Of a DNA stretch of 64,000 nucleotides, positions 50,945 to 64,000 are shown in pieces (the stretch's first letter is position 1; every line of letters starts with the position of its first letter). The position numbers and the translations under genes were made by a program. The stretch spans positions 23,808,001 through 23,872,000 of the forward strand of contig OZ024746.1 of NCBI GenBank assembly GCA_964016885.1, read 5' to 3'. This DNA is from Eledone cirrhosa. Its lineage: Eukaryota. The notes under the pieces are model-generated. The model made no database searches and was not told where the DNA came from. It saw nothing but the letters and a program-made list of their open reading frames with translations.

Positions 50945-51039
50945 GTATATGTATATATGTATATGTATATATATGTATATATATATATGTATATATATAT
51001 ATGTATATATATATATGTATATATATATATGTATATATG

Positions 51040-51108
<69 letters not shown>

Positions 51109-51653
51109 GTATATATGTATATATATATATATGTATATATATATGTGTATATGTATATATATATGTGTATATGTATATATATATATGTGTATGTATATAT
51201 ATATATGTGTGTATTTATATATGTGTGTATATATATATATGTGTGTATATATATATATATATGTATATATATGTGTATATATATATATATATATGTGTGT
51301 GTATATATATATATATATATGTGTGTGTATATATATATATATATATGTGTGTGTATATATATATATATATGTGTATGTGTGTATATATATATGTGTATGT
51401 GTGTATATATATATGTGTATGTGTGTATATATATATGTGTATGTGTGTATATATATATGTGTATGTGTGTGTATATATATGTGTATGTGTGTGTATATAT
51501 ATATATATATATGTGTATATATATATATATGTGTGTATATATATATATGTGTGTATATATATATATGTGTATATATATATATATATGTGTGTATATATAT
51601 ATATGTGTATATATATATATATATGTGTGTATATATATATATATGTGTATATA

Positions 51654-51750
<97 letters not shown>

Positions 51751-51860
51751 ATATATATATATATATATATGTGTATATATATATATATATATATGTGTAT
51801 ATATATAGATGTGTATATATATATATGTCTATATATATGTGTATATATATGTATGTGTAT
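50535..51860. repeat. (TA)n/(TG) compound array
   Basis: Directly visible. Confidence 0.95.
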
Positions 51861-52903
51861 ATCATCATCATCAGGTTTAGCGTCCGTGTTCCACGCTTGC
51901 ATGGGTTTGGACGGGGGTAGTCCCACTTGAGGCAAGAGTGGTTGTCTTGCTCGCATAGGACTGTCTGGCGGGTTTTCTACAGTTGGATGCCCTTCCTAAC
52001 ACCAACCACATTTACAGTGTGGGTCTGGGAGGTTTTTACCGTGTTGCCTACACGGCCACATTACAGCGTGGACTGTGTGTTTTTTTGTCGTGACACCTAC
52101 ACGATCTCATTTGTTTCGGCCTGGATGGCGCGGCACCAACATAACTTTACATAGAACGGGGTGGTGTGGATGGGGTGGGGGTGGTGGCGGGATGGGGTGT
52201 ATTTTGTTAGAGATGCCTACTGGCAAGGCGGGTCTTCTCTGTTACTGAGTACCGCCAAAGGTCTCGGTCCAGTGACATTGTCTTGGAGAGGTGTAAGTGT
52301 GTGAGGTCGGAGTTTATCAGCCCATCCCATGTTTTTCTAGGTCTGCCTATTCCGTGGCTACCGTCTATCTTTATTGCCCTGCACTTTGTAATACAGCTAT
52401 CGACTTTCATGCGCATCACGTGTCCATACCAACGCAGCCTTCTCTCGAGTAAACAACATCTGATCCCTCTTATCTCTAATTTTTTCCTTAGTTCGTTTAT
52501 GCTTTGCCGTTCACGTATATTACTGTTACACATCCAGCGGAGCATGCAAGCTTCGTTCCTCTCTAGTCTGCGTATATCCTCTGCACACAATGCCCAGGTC
52601 TCACTACCATGCAACATTGCTGTTCGTATGCAGGCATCGTACAACCTGCCTTTCATTTTTAGGGAGAACCCTTTAGCAGCTAATAGTGGTATAAGCTCTC
52701 TGAACTTTTTCCAACCAGTTCTGACTCTAGCTACAGTACTTTCAGAGCACCCTCCCCCACTGCTGATTTTATCGCCCAGGTAACGGAAGCTGTCCACTAT
52801 TTCTATAGAACCCTCTGCGCAATTGAAAGAGCTAGTATTTTGTGGGCACTTGCTGCTACTTATTGCACCAGAACACCGGCCACATGTAAAGTCTATGTTC
52901 TTA

Positions 52904-52905
<2 letters not shown>
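51861..52905 (-). mobile_element. RTE-A copy 3, 5'-truncated into (TA)n, with a small deletion at the ORF stop
   Basis: Homologous to 4204-5279; gcctactggc joins aaggcggg, removing the stop region. Confidence 0.93.
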
Positions 52906-52941
<36 letters not shown>

Positions 52942-52988
52942 ATATATATATGTGTATATATATATGTGTATATATATATGTGTATATA

Positions 52989-53029
<41 letters not shown>

Positions 53030-53053
53030 ATATATGTGTGTATATATATATAT

Positions 53054-53660
53054 GTCAGGTCACCAGTTGGTGCTACTGGTAACATGTATCCCAGTACAAC
53101 CTGTCTCATGGTCGGGTCGTTGGCGACTAAACTGGCAACCCCACCAAGGTTTCTTGGTGAGGAGGGTGACTTTGGACATCCTGCAGGACTAAAAACAAAA
53201 CCTGTCAAAGGGCAAAGGAGCTCTTAAGAGTCAATGGCCATCCAAAATGACCGGGAGAGATGACCCCTTAGCCTTTGTCAAAGCAGAATTCTAGGAGAAG
53301 GAAAACTCTGATATAACACCTGCAACCCTCATGGTATCCAATGATGTTGACTTGTTCTTCTTTTTGGTAAATATCATCTTGGTTAAGAGAGTGGGACTGG
53401 CTTTGTGCAGTGCCTTTGCTCACTATAAAAGCTTCACGGCACAGGCATTGCTTTATATCTGGAGAGCTCTCTGCTCTTGTTGTCACATGGTACAATGGGC
53501 CCAGCACTATGTATCAATAATTGTCACAAGTGTAGTGTTTGTACCAGAGTTTTCAAGTCGCTGGCTGGACTAAAAAGTCACACTTGTTCAGCGCATCGGT
53601 AGGGGTTCTCCTACATGGATATAAAGTAGTGGCCGTACTCGAAAACGAGTTGGCAGCCAC
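53054..53660 (+). pseudogene. Degraded RTE 5' region (5' UTR plus probable APE endonuclease remnant)
   Basis: 5' part homologous to 8400-8647; 3' part [18 protein letters not shown] only loosely resembles the APE C-terminal SDH region. Confidence 0.4.
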
Positions 53661-57637
<3,977 letters not shown>

Positions 57638-58008
57638 AAGTAAAGCGGGATGTGAGGAAGGGCATTGCTGTTGCACTTCCAGACGGCGAGGGTCCTCCTA
57701 TGGTGCTGACATGCAGCGTCTGTGCGAGACTCTGCCTAAGCAAAGCTGGACTCGAAAGACATCTTCGCAGTCATAAAGTAAGACCAGTGGTTGACTAGCA
57801 GGCTGCTGTTGGAGATCCTACTCATCATGCTTGCCAAACATGTGGTAGAGAATGTAAATCACCAGGAGGGTTCAAGCGACATGCAAAAGTACACGAACTC
57901 CAACCACAGCCGACTATTCCCAGTGAATGTTTTGATTGCCGACTCTGTGCAAGACATTTTAGATCATTGGCTGGGCTAAAAAGCCACATTCGATCGCAGC
58001 GCTGTTAG
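57638..58008 (+). pseudogene. Fragment with three tandem C2H2-type zinc fingers, probably a LINE ORF C-terminus (duplicate at 61912-62283)
   Basis: [21 protein letters not shown], in-frame [47 protein letters not shown]. Confidence 0.7.
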
Positions 58009-58127
58009 TTGCTATCGTATGTGTGTAGATATGCTTATGTGTGTGCGTGTGTGTGTATATATATATGTATATGTATATTATTATTGTTTTTGTCGTTATT
58101 GTTATTGTTATTATTATTATTATTATG

Positions 58128-58180
<53 letters not shown>

Positions 58181-58319
58181 GTATATATATGTATATATAT
58201 ATATATGTATGTATATATATATATGTATGTATATATATGTATATGTATGTATATATATGTATATGTATGTATATATATGTATATGTATGTATATATATAT
58301 GTATATATATATATATATA

Positions 58320-59846
58320 TTTATTATTGCCCTTCAGGCTATAACAGAGGAGTTCAAGACCGGCTGCCCATGGGAACTCCTATACGCAGATGATCTAACG
58401 CTCATAGCTGAATCAATGACCGAACTAGAGAAGAAATTCCAAACATGGAAGCACGGCCTAGAATCAAAAGGCCTTAAAATTAACCTGGCTAAGACAAAAG
58501 TTCTAGTTTGTAGGAAAGAAAATATGGCGGCAGTCCCATCTGGGAAATGGCCATGCTCAGTGTGTAGGAAAGGCGTAGGTAGAAACTCCATTTTATTTCC
58601 CAAATGCAAAGTATGGGTGCATAAAAGATGTAGTGGGATCACAGGTAAGCTAACTAAGAACATAGATTTTACATGTGGCCGGTGCTCTGGTGCAATAAGT
58701 AGCAGCAAGCGCCCACAAAATACTAGCTCCTTCAACTGCGCAGAGGGTTCTATAGAAATAGTGGACAGCTTCCGTTACCTGGGTGACAAAATCAGCAGTG
58801 GGGGAGGGTGCTCTGAAAGTACAGTAGCTAGAGTCAGAACTGGATGGAAAAAGTTCAGAGAGCTTATACCACTATTAGCCGCTAGAGGGTTCTCCCTAAA
58901 AATGAAAGGCAGGTTATACGATGCCTGCATACGAACAGCAATGCTGCATGGCAGTGAGACCTGGGCATTGTGTGCAGAGGATATACGCAGACTAGAGAGG
59001 AACGAAGCTTGCATGCTCCGCTGGATGTCCAATAGTAATATACGTGAACGGCAAAGCATAAACGAACTAAGGAAAAAATTAGAAATAAGAGGGATCAGAT
59101 GTTGTTTACTCGAGAGAAGGCTACGTTGGTACGGTCACGTGATGCGCATGAAAGACGACAGCTGTATAACAAAGTGCAGGGCAATAAAGATAGACGGTAG
59201 CCACGGAGTAGGCAGACCCAGAAAAACATGGGACGAGCTGATAAATTCCGACCTCACACGCTTACACCTCTCCAAGACAATGTCACTGGACCGAGACCTT
59301 TGGCGGTACTCAGTAATAGAGAAGACCCGCCTTACCTAAATACAAAGTAAAAACCTACTACAGTCAGTAGGCATCTCTATCAAAACACCCCCCCGTCCCA
59401 CCACCTCCACCCCATCCACACCGCCCCTTTCAATGTACAGTTATGTTGGTCCCACAACATCCAGGCCGAAACAAATGAGATCGTGTAGGTGTCACGACAA
59501 AAAAAACACACAGTCCACGCTGTAAATGTGGCCCTGTAGGTAACACGGTAAAAACCTCCCAGCCCCACACTGTAAATGTGGTTGGTGTTAGGAAGGGCAT
59601 CCAGCTGTAGAAAACCCGCCAGACAGTCCACGCTGTAATGTGGCCGTGTAGGCAACACGGTAAAAACCTCCCAGCCCCACACTGTAAATGTGGTTGGTGT
59701 TAGGAAGGGCATCCAACTGTAGAAAACCCGCCAGACAGTCCTATGCGAGCAAGACAACCACTCTTGCCTCAAGTGGGAAAACCCCCGTCCAAACCCATGC
59801 AAGCGTGGAACACGGACGCTAAACCTGATGATGATGATGATGATGA
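58320..59846 (+). mobile_element. RTE-A copy 4, 5'-truncated, with tandem duplication in the 3' UTR
   Basis: Open frame FIIALQAI...LLYADD...EKTRLT* (to 59339); (TGA)n tail then (TA)n. Confidence 0.93.
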
Positions 59847-61911
<2,065 letters not shown>

Positions 61912-62402
61912 TAAAGTAAGCGGGATGTGAGGAAGGGCATTGCTGTTGCACTTCCAGACGGCGAGGGTCCTCCTATGGTGCTGACATGCAGCGTCTGTGC
62001 GAGACTCTGCCTAAGCAAAGCTGGACTCGAAAGACATCTTCGCAGTCATAAAGTAAGACCAGTGGTTGACTAGCCGGCTGCTGTTGGAGATCCTACTCAT
62101 CATGCTTGCCAAACATGTGGTAGAGAATGTAAATCACCAGGAGGGTTCAAGCGACATGCAAAAGTACACGAACTCCAACCACAGCCGACTATTCCCAGTG
62201 AATGTTTTGATTGCCGACTCTGTGCAAGACATTTTAGATCATTGGCTGGGCTAAAAAGCCACATTCGATCGCAGCGCTGTTAGTTGCTATCGTATGTGTG
62301 TAGATATGCTTATGTGTGTGCGTGTGTGTGTATATATATATGTATATGTATATTATTATTGTTTTTGTCGTTATTGTTATTGTTATTATTATTATTATTA
62401 TG

Positions 62403-62435
<33 letters not shown>

Positions 62436-62543
62436 GTATATATATTATATATATGTATATATATGTATATATATATATATGTATGTATATATATATATGT
62501 ATGTATATATATGTATATGTATGTATATATATGTATATGTATG

Positions 62544-62575
<32 letters not shown>

Positions 62576-64000
62576 TTTATTATTGCCCTTCAGGCTATAA
62601 CAGAGGAGTTCAAGACCGGCTGCCCATGGGAACTCCTATACGCAGATGATCTAACGCTCATAGCTGAATCAATGACCGAACTAGAGAAGAAATTCCAAAC
62701 ATGGAAGCACGGCCTAGAATCAAAAGGCCTTAAAATTAACCTGGCTAAGACAAAAGTTCTAGTTTGTAGGAAAGAAAATATGGCGGCAGTCCCATCTGGG
62801 AAATGGCCATGCTCAGTGTGTAGGAAAGGCGTAGGTAGAAACTCCATTTTATTTCCCAAATGCAAAGTATGGGTGCATAAAAGATGTAGTGGGATCACAG
62901 GTAAGCTAACTAAGAACATAGATTTTACATGTGCCGGTGCTCTGGTGCAATAAGTAGCAGCAAGCGCCCACAAAATACTAGCTCCTTCAACTGCGCAGAG
63001 GGTTCTATAGAAATAGTGGACAGCTTCCGTTACCTGGGTGACAAAATCAGCAGTGGGGGGAGGGTGCTCTGAAAGTACAGTAGCTAGAGTCAGAACTGGA
63101 TGGAAAAAGTTCAGAGAGCTTATACCACTATTAGCCGCTAGAGGGTTCTCCCTAAAAATGAAAGGCAGGTTATACGATGCCTGCATACGAACAGCAATGC
63201 TGCATGGCAGTGAGACCTGGGCATTGTGTGCAGAGGATATACGCAGACTAGAGAGGAACGAAGCTTGCATGCTCCGCTGGATGTGCAATAGTAATATACG
63301 TGAACGGCAAAGCATAAACGAACTAAGGAAAAAATTAGAAATAAGAGGGATCAGATGTTGTTTACTCGAGAGAAGGCTACGTTGGTACGGTCACGTGATG
63401 CGCATGAAAGACGACAGCTGTATAACAAAGTGCAGGGCAATAAGATAGACGGTAGCCACGGAGTAGGCAGACCCAGAAAAACATGGGACGAGCTGATAAA
63501 TTCCGACCTCACATGCTTACACCTCTCCAAGACAATGTCACTGGACCGAGACCTTTGGCGGTACTCAGTAATAGAGAAGACCCGCCTTACCTAAATACAA
63601 AGTAAAAACCTACTACAGTCAGTAGGCATCTCTATCAAAACACCCCCCCGTCCCACCACCTCCACCCCATCCACACCGCCCCTTTCAATGTACAGTTATG
63701 TTGGTCCCACAACATCCAGGCCGAAACAAATGAGATCGTGTAGGTGTCACGACAAAAAAAACACACAGTCCACGCTGTAAATGTGGCCCTGTAGGTAACA
63801 CGGTAAAAACCTCCCAGCCCCACACTGTAAATGTGGTTGGTGTTAGGAAGGGCATCCAGCTGTAGAAAACCCGCCAGACAGTCCACGCTGTAATGTGGCC
63901 GTGTAGGCAACACGGTAAAAACCTCCCAGCCCCACACTGTAAATGTGGTTGGTGTTAGGAAGGGCATCCAACTGTAGAAAACCCGCCAGACAGTCCTATG
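62576..64000 (+). mobile_element. RTE-A copy 5 (duplicate of copy 4 with single-base indels), runs off the window
   Basis: Same 5' truncation point and flanks as copy 4; frameshifts near 62933, 63060 and 63442. Confidence 0.9.

Overview
AT-rich, microsatellite-dense eukaryotic DNA, most likely an intron-rich cephalopod (Octopus-like) locus; this is inferred from the repeat repertoire, not from a search. The only host coding sequence I can support is two spliced + strand ankyrin-repeat exons (9748-9934, 13048-13233) resembling espin/forked. The rest is repeats: young 5'-truncated RTE-clade LINEs with a PHD-like finger inside the RT ORF, two tRNA-derived SINE families, Tc1/mariner/pogo MITEs, a degraded Penelope-like GIY-YIG remnant, minisatellites, multi-kb (TA/TG)n arrays, and a 200-N gap flanked by a probable false duplication. 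Almost all long ORFs in the track are microsatellite artefacts. The most interesting signal is a set of Penelope-type hammerhead ribozyme elements inserted in (TA)n/(ATT)n tracts. Five head-to-head palindromes lie within 41.1-44.5 kb; three carry canonical hammerhead core nucleotides and one a degenerate core. A ~1 kb retrozyme-like element (35335-36368, minus strand) has tandem hammerhead repeats 844 nt apart and a spliceosomal-type intron. All folds and alignments were done by eye.
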